Assembly (NCBI RefSeq): GCF_009914755.1
Contig: NC_060925.1
Direction: 5' to 3' (one strand)
DNA: 64,000 nucleotides
DNA from: the human T2T-CHM13v2.0 reference genome, Homo sapiens
The notes below the pieces were generated by a model that saw nothing but the letters and a program-made list of their open reading frames with translations, searched no databases and was not told the origin of the DNA. The first letter of the stretch is position 1, and every line of letters starts with the position of its first letter. Made by a program: the position numbers and the translations under genes. This document shows positions 33,591 through 64,000 of this stretch, piece by piece.

Positions 33591-33998
33591 TGTTATGGGT
33601 TGAATTGTGTCCCCCAAGTATTCATATGTTGAAGTGCTAACCCTCAGTCCCTCAGAATGTGACCTTATTTGGAGATAGGGTCTTTATAGAGGTAATCAAG
33701 TTAAAATGAGGTCATTAGGGCATCTCTACTCCAATATGCCTGCTATCCTTATAAAGAGGGGAAATTTGGAGACAGATGCTCACAAAGGAAGAACACCATA
33801 TGAAGATGAAGATGGCCCTCTACAGGCCAAGGAGAGCAGCCTGGAATGGATTCCTTCCTCACTTCCCTCAGAAAGAACCAACTCTGCTAATACCTCGATC
33901 TTGGGTTCCCAGCCTCCAGAACTGTGAGAAGATAAATTTCTGTTGCTTAAGTCACCCAGTTTGAAGAACTTTGAATGGCAGCCCTAGTGAATTAGTTC
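33591..33998. mobile_element. MLT1B/C-type MaLR LTR
   Basis: TGTTATGGGTTGAATTGTGTCCCC..GTGACCTTATTTGGAGATAGGG..CAGCCTCCAGAACTGTGAG. Confidence 0.85.
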
Positions 33999-36202
33999 AA
34001 TTGCCTCTGGCAAATGAATAAGAAGCTCACTGCAAAAATGAAATTAATCCACCGAGTGCTAGAGTTGGACGGGATCTCAGAAAATGTATTGCACAATCCC
34101 CTTGTTTTGAAATAAATGCCCAAGGTCACACAGCAAGTTGGTGACTTAGTCACTCTTTTAGCTCAACTTTCAGTCCATCAATGTTCTATCACAGTCTGCC
34201 AACTATTTCAAAGATGGTGGCAAAATCAGCCAATGATGGTGATTAGATCCAAAACTTAGTTGCAAATAATTTTTCGGGGAACTATATGCAAGCATAGGTC
34301 CTTCCTAAATATTTGCTAATGGAAGCATGTGCTAAATAGGATGCCTACCAGAAGACTGATACCCAGCAGAATAGCTAGACAGGTAATTTGACCTCTGGCT
34401 GGGCCCGTAGGATTCATCATCCCTCCAGACAAGCACTTGGTTGTGGTAAAGATCTGGCTCTGGTTGGAAGCCTGCCCCATCCCACTGAGGGTGATTCACC
34501 AGAGCAACTTAATCATCTATGGATCAGAAGCTCAGGTTCATGTGAGCAGGGTGGGGGTTAAGGGAAAGAGAGTCTGAGTAATGCTTCACAGTGGGTGTGG
34601 GGACTTGTTATAATAGTAGGCACGCTGTTGATTAAAGTACATGACAGAAGTAATTGCCAGAGATCCCAAACCAGCCATCACCTAGCATTAGAGATGTATC
34701 TAATATCAGACAGAAAGCCTAGTTTCAACTCTGCAGCAGAGGCCTTTGAAAAGTCTCCAGAAGTAATTGGCACTTAATCAATGCAATCATTATTACAGCA
34801 CATGGCTACTGCAGCTTCAGGCCCTCTTGCAACCACTGAACTGCAAAAGAGGAGACTATGTCTGTAGAATTTTACCACCAACACAACATTTGATTCACAA
34901 TCTCAGACTAGATAGGAGTGAACATATTTTCATATTTATATATTTTAGAAATACAGGTTCACTGTCAATAAGAATTCAGTCTTGTATAAATGATGGTATA
35001 AACAGGGAGGGGCATTTTCCCTTTACAGAGGCTTAATCAGCATTAATTTTGAGAGATAGGAAAGCAAAATCTACAGCAGGCTGTTAAGCATTTGTTTTTC
35101 ATCTAATCTTCTCAACCCTCCATTCAGTATTTGGGGGAGTATGACTGTTTATCACTTGCTGAGATATGCAAGGTGCACATGCTGCTTATAATTAAGGAAC
35201 AAAGAAATGTTGACTTTGCTCTTGGTCTTGCTTCATAAAGTGTTACCACTGGGCATCAAATTGGGTGTTTAAAGGAGAATATACCTCTCTTGGAGAGTAG
35301 ACACGATTTTTAGGCCTAGATCGTCTCTTCTTTTCCCCGCAGGAGTTCGTAGTTAACTTTCCATCACTCTGTAAAAGGCAATTGGAAAAAAGAAAAAGCC
35401 CAAGTTCCCCTCTTGGCATCTTGCAGAAGTCTTTCATGCATAATGGATGAGAGGAAATGGGGAGAAAGAAAAGAAACATCCTGAAATTTAAGCACCCGTA
35501 AATGTTTTCATAGATGTTGGTAGTTTATTTCAGTGTTTTTCAAAGGATATTCCCAGATTAACCACTTCAGGATAAGCTGCATTGTTGACAATGCAGATTG
35601 CCAGGCCTCAATATTAGACCTGAATCGGAATTTATGGGACTAGGACCCTGGAATCTACATTGTTAGCAAGTGTCTCCAGGGATTCCTGTATACACTGAAA
35701 TGGAGCCTACTCATCTATCTTCCATAGTCTAAACAGTGCTGTGCTCAGTATCTCCCTCCCTACACCTCTCCCTTGTTAATCAAATCAAGTCTCTCATATT
35801 TAAATGTCTTTTTGTATGCAGATGGCTCTCAAATTTATATCTACAGCCCACACCTCTTCCCTAAAACTCCAGAATCCTATACCCTACTGCCTGATTGACA
35901 TTTAATAGGCATATTCAAAAACAAACTCTTGAATTTTCTCTCCAAACTTGTCCTTCTTCATCTCCATAAATAGCACCATGATTACCATAAAACCTTGAAG
36001 TCACTGTTGACTGCATCCTTGGCATCTTCCTCACTTTCTCTCATATTCATTTCCAATCCATCAGAGTACTGTCAGCTCTACTTTCAAAATATGCCCCAAA
36101 TCTTCCTCTATCTCGAAGACCAGATAGGAGGCTGCTATCAAAATATGATGTTTTGATTATATAATATATATTATATTATAGACTTGATATATTATATTGT
36201 AT

Positions 36203-36367
36203 ACTCACAGCTACACATTTGGCATTAGTGGAAATAAATGAAAGATTTCAATCAATTCAAACAAGGACACGTTGGGATGGAATAGGGTATCGTCAGTAAA
36301 GAAACTGACAATAATCCAGAAACGGGCTGGTAAGTCTCATTTATCAGCTAATGTACACACTTCTGAT
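36203..36367 (-). repeat. Right arm of long inverted repeat
   Basis: Reverse complement of 32899-33077. Confidence 0.93.
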
Positions 36368-36399
36368 AGCAGCCTCTTATCTGGTCCCACTGCATGTTT

Positions 36400-37330
36400 T
36401 CTGTATCAGCCAGAGTTCATTTGCAGATAACAGAAGCCATTCTAGCTATTTGAAGCAGAAAAGGATTCAAAACAGTTGTGGTAGATTGATGTTACAAAAA
36501 TCGTTCCTGTTTCACACACCTTTTTGCAATTGCCACAACTCCCATAAAGAGATGAAGTCTATTTTTCTCTTCTTGTAAATCTGGGCTAGCCCTCGGTTTA
36601 ATTCTGACCAATGGAAAGAGGCAGAACTGATGCTGTGTCACTTCCAGACCTAGCCTTAAGAGGCTTTGCGGCTCCCACTCTCACCCTCTTAGAAGAAAGC
36701 AGCCATCCTGTAAGGAAGCTCAGGCTAGATTACTGAATGATGAGAGACCATAGGAGAGAGAGGTCTCAACATTTCAAGGCATCCCTGCCAAAATCCTAGA
36801 CATGCGAGTGAGACAAAGTAGGGCCACTGACAGCTGAATACACCCACATATGTGGGGCCAGGCAGGATCAGCAGAATTGCCCAGCCAAACTAAGTTTTTG
36901 GGGTGCTTATTACACAGCAAGAGATAACTGAAATGTCACTAAATTTAGGGATTGCAAAACCATTGGAGGGTTGGTGGGGCAGGCTGTAAATGTGGCCTCC
37001 AGGAATGACTCACAGAATAACACCGCAGAACTGGCCTGTTAGAAGAATCGCTGCTCCTACCATAGTCTGGAAGCTAAGGATCAAGAAGCCATCAACCACT
37101 TTCTAGCTTCAGAAACACACTATCTTAGTCATGCTCTGGACATCAGGAAGTCTCCACAAGTCTGTTGGCTTCAGAATCATACCACAGATCAATTTTAGAT
37201 AGCAAAATGGATAAAGTGCTGTGACCACCTTTTCCCCACTGAAGTTTGTTCTGAAATCAAGACTTATGCAAATGCATATAACTAGCAAAAAGTAAATTAT
37301 ATAAACCCCTAGCTGCAAGAGAATCTTTTT
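36400..37330. mobile_element. Nested old MLT1 LTRs
   Basis: TGTGGTAGATTG..CACAGCAAGAGATAACTGAAA inner element inside an older MLT1-like sequence. Confidence 0.6.
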
Positions 37331-37334
37331 AGCT

Positions 37335-43395
<6,061 letters not shown>

Positions 43396-43784
43396 TCAAA
43401 CCACACTAGTGTCATGAATATATTTCTTTAGATAAAACTTTATTAATCAGCTTTCTGTTTAGAATTGGCTTTCCCATAATCCAGTTAACCAAAGGTAGTT
43501 GAGTAATTTGAAATATTCCCCAGCTGGAGTAGAATCACATTTGGGGCTTGCTTCAATCAGTGCACCTCTGTCTTGCTTTTGCTTTTCAGAGAGACCCTAG
43601 GTCAACCATAGCCTTTGAAGGCATGAGCTGAACGGAAACCAGATGAACTCTATTGAATTTTAAATTTGCCACATTTCCTAGTCTAGTATTAAACTTTTCT
43701 TCTCTAGTTGAGCAAGTTAACCAAAGAAGTATATATATATTTTTTCTCTTATAGATTATGCTCACCTAAGAACTTGAGGTTACA

Positions 43785-43812
43785 ACACACACACACACAC
43801 ACACACACACAC
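43785..43812. repeat. (AC)n microsatellite, ~14 units
   Basis: Direct reading. Confidence 0.95.
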
Positions 43813-44434
43813 CCAAAAAACCAAATCGCAAAACAAATTATTCCATACTCATTCCATTGGTTCTTTTGATGGCCTTCTGTCAGTGTTAATGGTTGGTGTG
43901 AAAGATTTTTGGAAACGTTTTCCAGGAGGGAGTAATAGCATTTCCTGAAGCACCTTTTATCTTGGTTTGTGGCAAATGATTCTTTCAATGCCCTCAGGTC
44001 ACTTATACCCTAAGACCCTGCATGAGTTTATTCAACCTTCAAATCAGTCACTTCTGCCCTCATCTAGGGCACATAACAATGTAGTTAGTTACCCAGCAGG
44101 TATCCCGGCTAAGTAAGACCATAAATAAATCATATGAGCAGGAGCTTTTGGAGTCAGTCTTCTGTCTGAGCACCTCTAACCGGTTATGCTACCTTAAACA
44201 AATTACTTAACTTCTCTCTGTCTCACCTGATTTACCAGTTTAAAAAAAAAGGAATAATAATGGTACCTACCTCATAGGTTTGTTGTGAGGAGTTAAACGT
44301 CTAAAGCACTTAGAACAGTGTCTGGCATATGGTAAGTATTCAATAAACATTAGCCTTATATTCTATACTTTAAGTACTATTTATTTATATTTTTACATAC
44401 AATATGTGGGCATAACAAAAAATTAAAGGAAGAA

Positions 44435-45460
44435 TGGTCATTTTTAGAAAAAACTTTATTTACAAAACCACAACTCAGTCTGCTTTGGTATTGACAAAAT
44501 CCCTACAACTGAGATATTAAAGAGATACATTTATTTTAGAGTTACATAAAACCAGAATCCAACACTACCCTACTTTCCTATTCCTTTGTGGCTCTGAATG
44601 CAGCTTTAAAAAAACAAAACAAAGCAAAGCAAAGCAAAACAAAACAGCTCTTTATAATGTACAATGGCTTAAGCAAATCGCTTTAGTTTTTTTTCTATTT
44701 AAGATTTAGGACAGACTACTCGTCTAAAATTCACTATTTACAGAGAAGGTCCTAGGGAACAGGATAACTTATTTAGGTTTAGCTCTCATAATACAATATC
44801 CATAATGGCTTTAGAAGAATGTAAATAAATAACATTGGTAAACAGCGTATACTGATATTTTCTGACAAACTCATTTATCTAACATCATGCTGAGCAATCA
44901 AGAGGATTCCTCTATATATTTTAAATTTTAATTTATTCTATTTCCTGATTCACAAACTCTTGCTCCATGTTAAAGCAGTTATCACCAATAGAACCTATGA
45001 GAACCAGTGCCCATGGAAACCTAACAGCTTGTTTTTTTAATCCCCTATTAAAACTCGGTTGAACTTGATATATGCATGGTTGAAATATGCGTGGGTACTA
45101 GGCCTTTATTCAGGAATGTAAAATTAATGGTATCTGGTATCAAGTTGTAAGAAAAACTCCCCCAGATTGGGAGGTAACTGAGTGATATGTGAAAGAATCT
45201 TCCCCTGTCTGAATTTAAGAATACACCTACACTGGGCAGAAAAAGGTCGGGGAGAGGAAGTAGAAGTAGAGGAAAAGCACAACTTCACTGGCTTCAATCA
45301 AACTGAGGTAACTAATTAGAGACGGAAAATAAATAAATCAACAAATGCCCCATTTTTGTTTTCCAAAAAAGATCACTGGCAACTAACAATTTTAAAGTTG
45401 ATCCATTAATATATTTTTAAATAGAAAAAAGTTTGTATATCATATATATCATAATTCCAT
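44435..45460 (-). other. FAM72A: FAM72A 3' UTR (~1 kb, AU-rich) with AATAAA at 44460-44455
   Basis: Largely repeat-free AU-rich sequence after the stop; minus-strand AATAAA at 44460-44455; cleavage site estimated. Confidence 0.7.
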
Positions 45461-45604
<144 letters not shown>

Positions 45605-45734
45605 TCAGAACACGAATTACGAAACTTTATATGTTAATATTCTTATGTAAACCATAGTGTTAGCAGTAAAAAGAGTAGCTATTGAAGAATGTACTGCAAA
45701 TAAAATTACCTAATATTATCCATCTAGGACATAA

Positions 45735-50122
<4,388 letters not shown>

Positions 50123-50140
50123 TTGCTAAAATAATTAGTA

Positions 50141-53402
<3,262 letters not shown>

Positions 53403-53905
53403 TACAACATACTTTATACTTTGGTGTCAAATATTTCCCTTGACTAAAATTCTGTCATAACGTATTAACATAGATGTCGAAATGTCTGTTTTTATTCTGA
53501 AGCATCACCAAATACAGAGGTTACTTAGTCCTCCTCCTCTCAACTCCCATTGCCCTAGGCCTGGCCTCTCCCTTTCTTACACACACACACAGACACACAC
53601 ATGCATTAGACTATCAAATCTAAAATCTTCAAAAATTCTCTGGAGTCAGAATATGTATCAAGGCAGCAGTTAAGAGCAATTATAATATTCATTTTAAAAG
53701 ACCAAGAAATTCAGCCAAGTTTGAGGCCTTAAGTACAAGGATGAACATAGAAATGACAATGAATTTTGCCTAATAGTTTTCATAAGTGAATGTCTGGGAA
53801 AAAAGAATTGAAGTTTCACTCTAGCTAATCCAGCTAAGAAGATCTAAAAGGAATCCTGAAATGATCTATTGGGAATTTTACTCAGGTATTGATAGAGAAA
53901 TGTTA

Positions 53906-54148
<243 letters not shown>

Positions 54149-54240
54149 TTAGATCTCATTTCCTAACAACTTTCATTGCTGAGATCTTTGGGATGGGATG
54201 GGGGTGCAGTTCTACCATCAAGTGGGAAAGCAGTCTTTAA

Positions 54241-57590
<3,350 letters not shown>

Positions 57591-57991
57591 AGGAGTAATA
57601 ACCTAGAAATTAAATAAGAAAACAGAGGTTCAGCAGTTTAGAGGCTAAAGGAGTTCACTCAAGATCACATAGAGAGTAAGGGTAGGGTCAGACCTCAAAC
57701 ATGATTTTTATTATTGTAAATCCAGGTGTTTCTCCCCCCTAACCTACATTGCCTTGTTCTGAAAATTGAAGCGGATACTGTGAATACACTTTGAAAACTG
57801 TAAAATTATATACTAATGTGAAGCATCAGAAAACCCTTTTAAAAAATAGCTCTAAGTAATAAGTAATTTTTCAATGGCTCATTGCATGCTTTATACCAGT
57901 CCTTGTTGCAGCCCACTGAACCTTTCTCTATGCTTTGGTGTCAATATCCATCTTCCAAACCCAGAGCTATCCAGAATAGTGCCACAAATTA

Positions 57992-58120
<129 letters not shown>

Positions 58121-60058
58121 TTAATTGTGGCAAAAAATTAACAAAATTTACCAACTTAACAAGTTTTATGTGTGCAGAGCAGATGTGCTAAATATAATCA
58201 CATTGCTGTGTAATGAATCTCCTGGGTTCAAGTGACCCTCCTACCAGAGTTTCCTGAGTAGGTGGAACTATAGGCGCCCTATACCACATTTTGTTTATCT
58301 GTTCATCTGTAGAATCAATGGACATTTGGATTGCTTCCACCTCTTGGCTATTGTGAATAATGCTGTTAATGAACATGGGTGTGCAAATATCTCTTCCAAG
58401 ATCCAGTTTTGAATTATTTTGGATATGTACCCAGAACTGCTGGATCAGATAGTAATTCTACGCTTGATTTAGCACAAATTTTGTCAATCCAAAGAGCTGA
58501 AAGCTAACATAGAACTATAGTATATTTTTAAAGAGTCAGTTCATATTTGTGAGCTCAACATAAACATCTGACAAATTTTCCATTAAAAAAATTTTTATGT
58601 GTTCATTGATTCACATACATCTTAGCACGCTAATTCATTATTATTTTAACCCCTACAAAGAAGGGTAGAAAATAGGAAAAACATGATTCTATTCTAGACT
58701 TGGGTCTAACCTGTAACAATTCACCTAGCCTTCCTTATGACTGCCCTATTACTTACCATAGCTATTGCAAAGATGAATGGGTTAATATTTTAAATTTGTG
58801 TATGAGCTACTAAAAAGAAAAAGCAGTGGACAATGAATCACAGAACTTTGTAGCAGTAGGTTCTATGATTTATTTTCTAGTGTTTTCCCTTTTTTGAAAT
58901 ACATATACGATGTACACACACACAAATGTAAAATATTAACTTAGAATTTAAAAAAATTAAAAAGATTTTAAAATAACACATTTATCTCTGCAATAAATGA
59001 GAGCCTTTGGCTTTGCTGTTAGACATGATTACACTTAGACCAATTCAGAAAAGATTTCAAGAAAGGAAGAGTACACAGCTTTACCTGGGTAAATCAAAAA
59101 ACTTGTAAAGTTTCTATCATTATCATGAAATTCATTTAAAATGAATTGTGGTTATTAACCTGCTTCCTCTGGCTCTATATCCAAAGACTTAGAGAATAAC
59201 TGTCCACTCATATTTTGGATAATTACTTTCCTTTTAATAATAAAATTTCAATAAATAACTAAATTTTGAAGATTCATGTAGGGCATATATATGTTGATTA
59301 TGGAAAGGGAAAGTACCATTTAGAGCTAGAAAGAGGTTTATTTGAGTCAAATAAAATGGCTATTTTACCAAATAGGAAGCAAATTCTTAAGGACTCTACA
59401 CCCAAAAGCAGTTAGTGGCTGAAAACAAACAGATTTTAAAAGGGTTCAATTATGGGAACAAATGTGTAATGTCCAAAATAGTCTTTATTGGAGATAAGGA
59501 TTAAGGCTAAGTCTCTATTTTTCATCCCATAAAAATCTATTTACATCTCTTTCAGAGAGAGAGAGTTTTGAGGAAAGAAAACTGAATTTGATGAACAACG
59601 GATCTGATTTAGGATGCCAATTGCAAATAATGATAGAAAACGGATTTTTTTTTTTTTGGTGCAAAATTTCATGGATAAAAATGAAAAACTTAAATGACCT
59701 CTCCTCTCCAACAGTACGGAAAATTTTGCCTGAATTTACCTAAAGTCTACGCCACGGACTTGATTCAGTGAAATAGGATGGTTGGGCAGGGCACTGAACC
59801 AGGGATCAAACTTAAGAGATGTGTGGTCGCATGACTGCAATTGAACTAGAAGCATTACATCAGGACTGACCACCTTGGCTAAACCACAGACTTTGTCCAG
59901 ACAGTCTGCCCACTTAGATATATTCCAAGGGGATCATCAAACTGGTGGGAGTGGCTGAAACACCGAAATGATAACCTCCTTGTTGACTCCCACAGATCCA
60001 AGCCATAAGTGTTCCCATTTAGTTAAAAGCTACCGTTGCCCGCCACTAGCATGACTTA

Positions 60059-61060
<1,002 letters not shown>

Positions 61061-61077
61061 CTCCAACCCGGTATCAG

Positions 61078-61669
61078 TTTGAATTGCCAGCGCCGCGCAC
61101 CGATTGGAAGAACTAGAGTTAGCCCCAGTCCCTCATTGGAAGGCTCCGGGGCCTCCCCTCACGAGAGCTTAGTGGCTTGAAGACCGTAGGCACCGCCCCA
61201 GTAACGGTGCTGAGATCAATTCGGCTTTCTGGTTGGCTGAGCTTGGCTCCGCCTCCGATCTCATTGGCCGGCTTCGGGAGGTTTCGGCAAACCCTGCCTT
61301 CGCCCTAGTGAAAGTGGCAAGGCACGCCCTTCCCGCTTCTTATTGGAAGAGGTTCTACAGTCTCCACCGGTCTCTACTCTTTATTGGTTAAAACTCCCCG
61401 CAACACCCCTCCTCTCTACCCCGGCCCAATTGGCCGTGCCTTAGCTCAAGAGTTTGTGTTTGGTCGTCGGTTCCACCTTAATCCCGCCCATCAGTTCTAC
61501 TTAGGGGTTCAACAACCCGGGGTGGAGCTTAATCTGTGACCACGCCTCGGCAGTGCTAGTCACACCTCCAAGTTTTGCCAGCTCCTCCCCCTCATTCCGG
61601 GCCTCTCGGGATCAGCTCTTCCTATTGGCTATGGGCCCCATCGGTCGATAGAAAACGGGCGGTGATTGG
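61078..61669. promoter_or_regulatory. CHR-like TTTGAA plus array of NF-Y CCAAT boxes
   Basis: TTTGAA 61078-61083; ATTGG at 61103, 61135, 61263, 61342, 61383, 61429 (CCAATTGG), 61624, 61665. Confidence 0.75.
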
Positions 61670-61724
61670 TAAAGGGGTGGGCTCTACTTCCCGGCGGGGT
61701 CCTGCGGAGTTGGCGGAGGCTCCT

Positions 61725-61836
61725 CCAGGGACTGGGGCACCGATCTGCGTAGAAACGGGTGGCGGGGAAGAGAGGGGAGGAGAGCTCTGAGTGGGAAGCG
61801 GAGCCGGGGGCCTGGGACCCGTCGCGTCAGAGCCAG
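61725..61836 (+). other. SRGAP2: SRGAP2 non-coding exon 1 (5' end approximate)
   Basis: Strong donor CAG|GTAAAG at 61836/61837 just downstream of CCAAT boxes; SRGAP2 is the established head-to-head partner of FAM72. Confidence 0.7.
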
Positions 61837-63615
61837 GTAAAGGCTCCTTCCCTCTTCCTTTTCTTCCTCCCGGCCGCCGGGCTGGAGCCCTGACTGAACA
61901 AACCGGGGCTGGGGCGGGAAGGAGAGGGCGCGGATGCTGCTCGCGGCATCGCCTTAGCGGTGCCGCCCGGAATCCCTCAGACCGCCCCCCCTCCACCCTC
62001 TCCAAATCTCCCAGTACAGCCCATAATACTTCTCAGGACTGCGAGTCTCTCCGCCCATCACTGTACAGCCTGGGACTCCGTCCTGGCTCACGGACCGCAG
62101 CGCAGCCGGCACCCAGCCGCCTCTCCCTTTCCTCCGCACACGGGCAGCCGCGGTCCACCGTAGGGCAGTCGTCGTTGGCATCGCGCGTAATCATCGGCCG
62201 GCCTCCTCCAGTGTCTCCCAGCCCTGGCGGACAGCCCGGGTCCCAGCCTAGGACCCAGGAGGATGGGTGTTCCGCGCAGCTTCCGGGGCTCTCCCCGAGT
62301 CCCACCCCCCGGCCCGCCCCGATGGACTTCTCTTCGCCCACTCCCATCCCTAAACCACATCTCGGCCCCCACAGTTCCTGACATCCTTGCGCTTCACGCA
62401 ACATCGCGGCCCATGATCATGCCCCAATTCCCCTCACCTCTAAGGCAGCCTTCTCCTTGCCGCCTCCCGCCTTCCGAGCGTGTGCAACTCCAATTGTCCC
62501 CGGGCTCCCTTCCAGCCTCAGGACCCCATCTCACACCCGCCTCTCGCTTCCCGCTTCCCGCTCGCCTGAACCCCGCCGCCTCTGCTCCCTGTCTTGTTCC
62601 CTCAGCGTGGCCCCTTCCTCCAGCCGCGGGAAGTGGGAGACGCTAGCGGGAGCTTCCTCCTCCCGGCGCTCGGAGGAAAAGGAAAGACCAAGTAGAAAGG
62701 GTCGCCGCTGCGGCACGCGAGGGAGCTAGTCGCCGGGCTCCGCGCTCCCGCTTGCGTCCCTCCAGCCCCCTGGGCCTCGTCCGGGGCCGGATCTTCTCGG
62801 GCACCGCCTGGTGCGAGGAGTCAGGACTGCGACCTCACCGACCTCCTCCCATCCCCAGCCTGGGATTGGGTGGGATATCTGGGATCTCTGAGCTTGGGTG
62901 TCAAAAAAATATTGGGGGTGGCATTTATAGTCACTATCGTCCCTAGCTTGAGGGAGGCGACGGCTGCCTTCCGCTCGCCGCCCCCCGGTTTTCCCGGCTC
63001 CGACCCTATCCTCTAACCCGTTTCCTGCTTCAGCTGACCACATTGTTTTCCTGGATGTGTCCCGTGCCGAGCAGGCTTTTTCCTGCAGATTTGCCCCCCC
63101 CCCCCATCAACATTTTGCTGCCAAGAGAAGCTAGTAACCAAAAACAAAACAACTGGGAGGAGGGGCGGGAGAGGAAGAAAAGTTGTGCCCTGGTGGCTTA
63201 TCCCTCCCCGGCTTTGATCCCCTTTGATGTACAGGGAGGTGCCCCGGCCGGGGGTCTGGGGCCACGTCGGGGGCTAGGTCGGGAGGGCTCCCTCGGGCTG
63301 GCCGCTGCCCAGCGCTGGCGGGGCTCAGGAGGCCGCCGAGGTGCCGCAGTCCCCGCCTGGTGCCCCGCGTTCCTGCAGTCCCCGCCCGGAGCCCGCGCAG
63401 GCGGCTGCTCCAAAGTGTTTTCTTTCAGCCTTAAAATCCGGAGGGAGCTTCCTTCCTCCCCACCTCGTAGCGCCAGGCTCTGCGGGCGGGGAGACGTTAA
63501 GCGGACAGGAATGGGCCCAGGGCGGGCTCGGAACGACGTCCCCTACCCCACCCCCGCCGCGATTAGGATCTGCGCTCTGGCTGATCGCCCCCTCCCCCTT
63601 TTCCTGCATTTACAG

Positions 63616-64000
63616 GCAAGTGAACCGGAGCAAACGACTTCCGATCCAGTCTGCGCTGTTGCGGCTCCCGTTTGGGATTTGATTTGCAGCATCTTTGAGC
63701 CTCTACGACAAAAAACCGCGAAGCACGCCCAGCCCTCCCCCGGCACCCCGAAAAGCACCCACTCCCTCCCGGGGACACAGCTGGGCGCGTCCACACCCCC
63801 GCAGCCCCACACCATGTTGTGCGGAAGGACTTCCACTCCCCGCCTGTGTCGTTGATGTCAGACCCCAGGCCAGCCTCCGGGCGCTGCAGTTCTCCCGGCT
63901 AATGCTGAGGCTGCGGCTCCGGCTCTAGCACAGGCACCAGCCGCCGCCGCACCCGGCCCCAGCGCCCACCGTCTGCATGTGCCCGCCGTAGCCGTCTGCC
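63616..64000 (+). other. SRGAP2: SRGAP2 exon 2, 5' UTR portion (runs past window end; coding ATG not in window)
   Basis: Polypyrimidine tract CCCTCCCCCTTTTCCTGCATTTACAG| at 63615; GC-rich leader with several uATGs. Confidence 0.72.

Noticed and set aside
61575-63855. Long overlapping ORFs (196 aa, 270 aa and others) in the CpG island
   Set aside because: High GC suppresses stops; low-complexity P/G/R/A products, mostly non-ATG starts, and they cross the inferred splice sites.

Overview
Primate (human-like) genomic DNA, Alu-rich, from the FAM72/SRGAP2 head-to-head locus. The right third holds a complete four-exon FAM72 gene on the minus strand. Its spliced CDS is 152+78+125+95 = 450 nt (149 aa), and residues G82/L94/G99/V122/W125 fit FAM72A as I recall the paralogue differences. 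Next come a CpG-island bidirectional promoter with a CHR-like element and many CCAAT boxes, then the non-coding 5' exons of SRGAP2 on the plus strand (coding start lies beyond the window). The left ~44 kb is intergenic and mostly transposon-derived: Alus, L1/L2, MaLR and ERV LTRs, Tigger3, a full-length Hsmar2, and an RPL22 processed pseudogene. Three structures are not explained by these annotations: (1) a ~5 kb ancient, degenerate 21-bp tandem array with higher-order cassettes and heptapeptide-like reading frames (4770-9805); (2) a ~165-bp, ~93%-identical inverted repeat pair bracketing 3.1 kb (32899-36367); (3) three SRGAP2-leader uORFs chained by TGATG/TAATG stop-start overlaps (63814-63928). 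Repeat subfamily names and most repeat boundaries are by eye and approximate.
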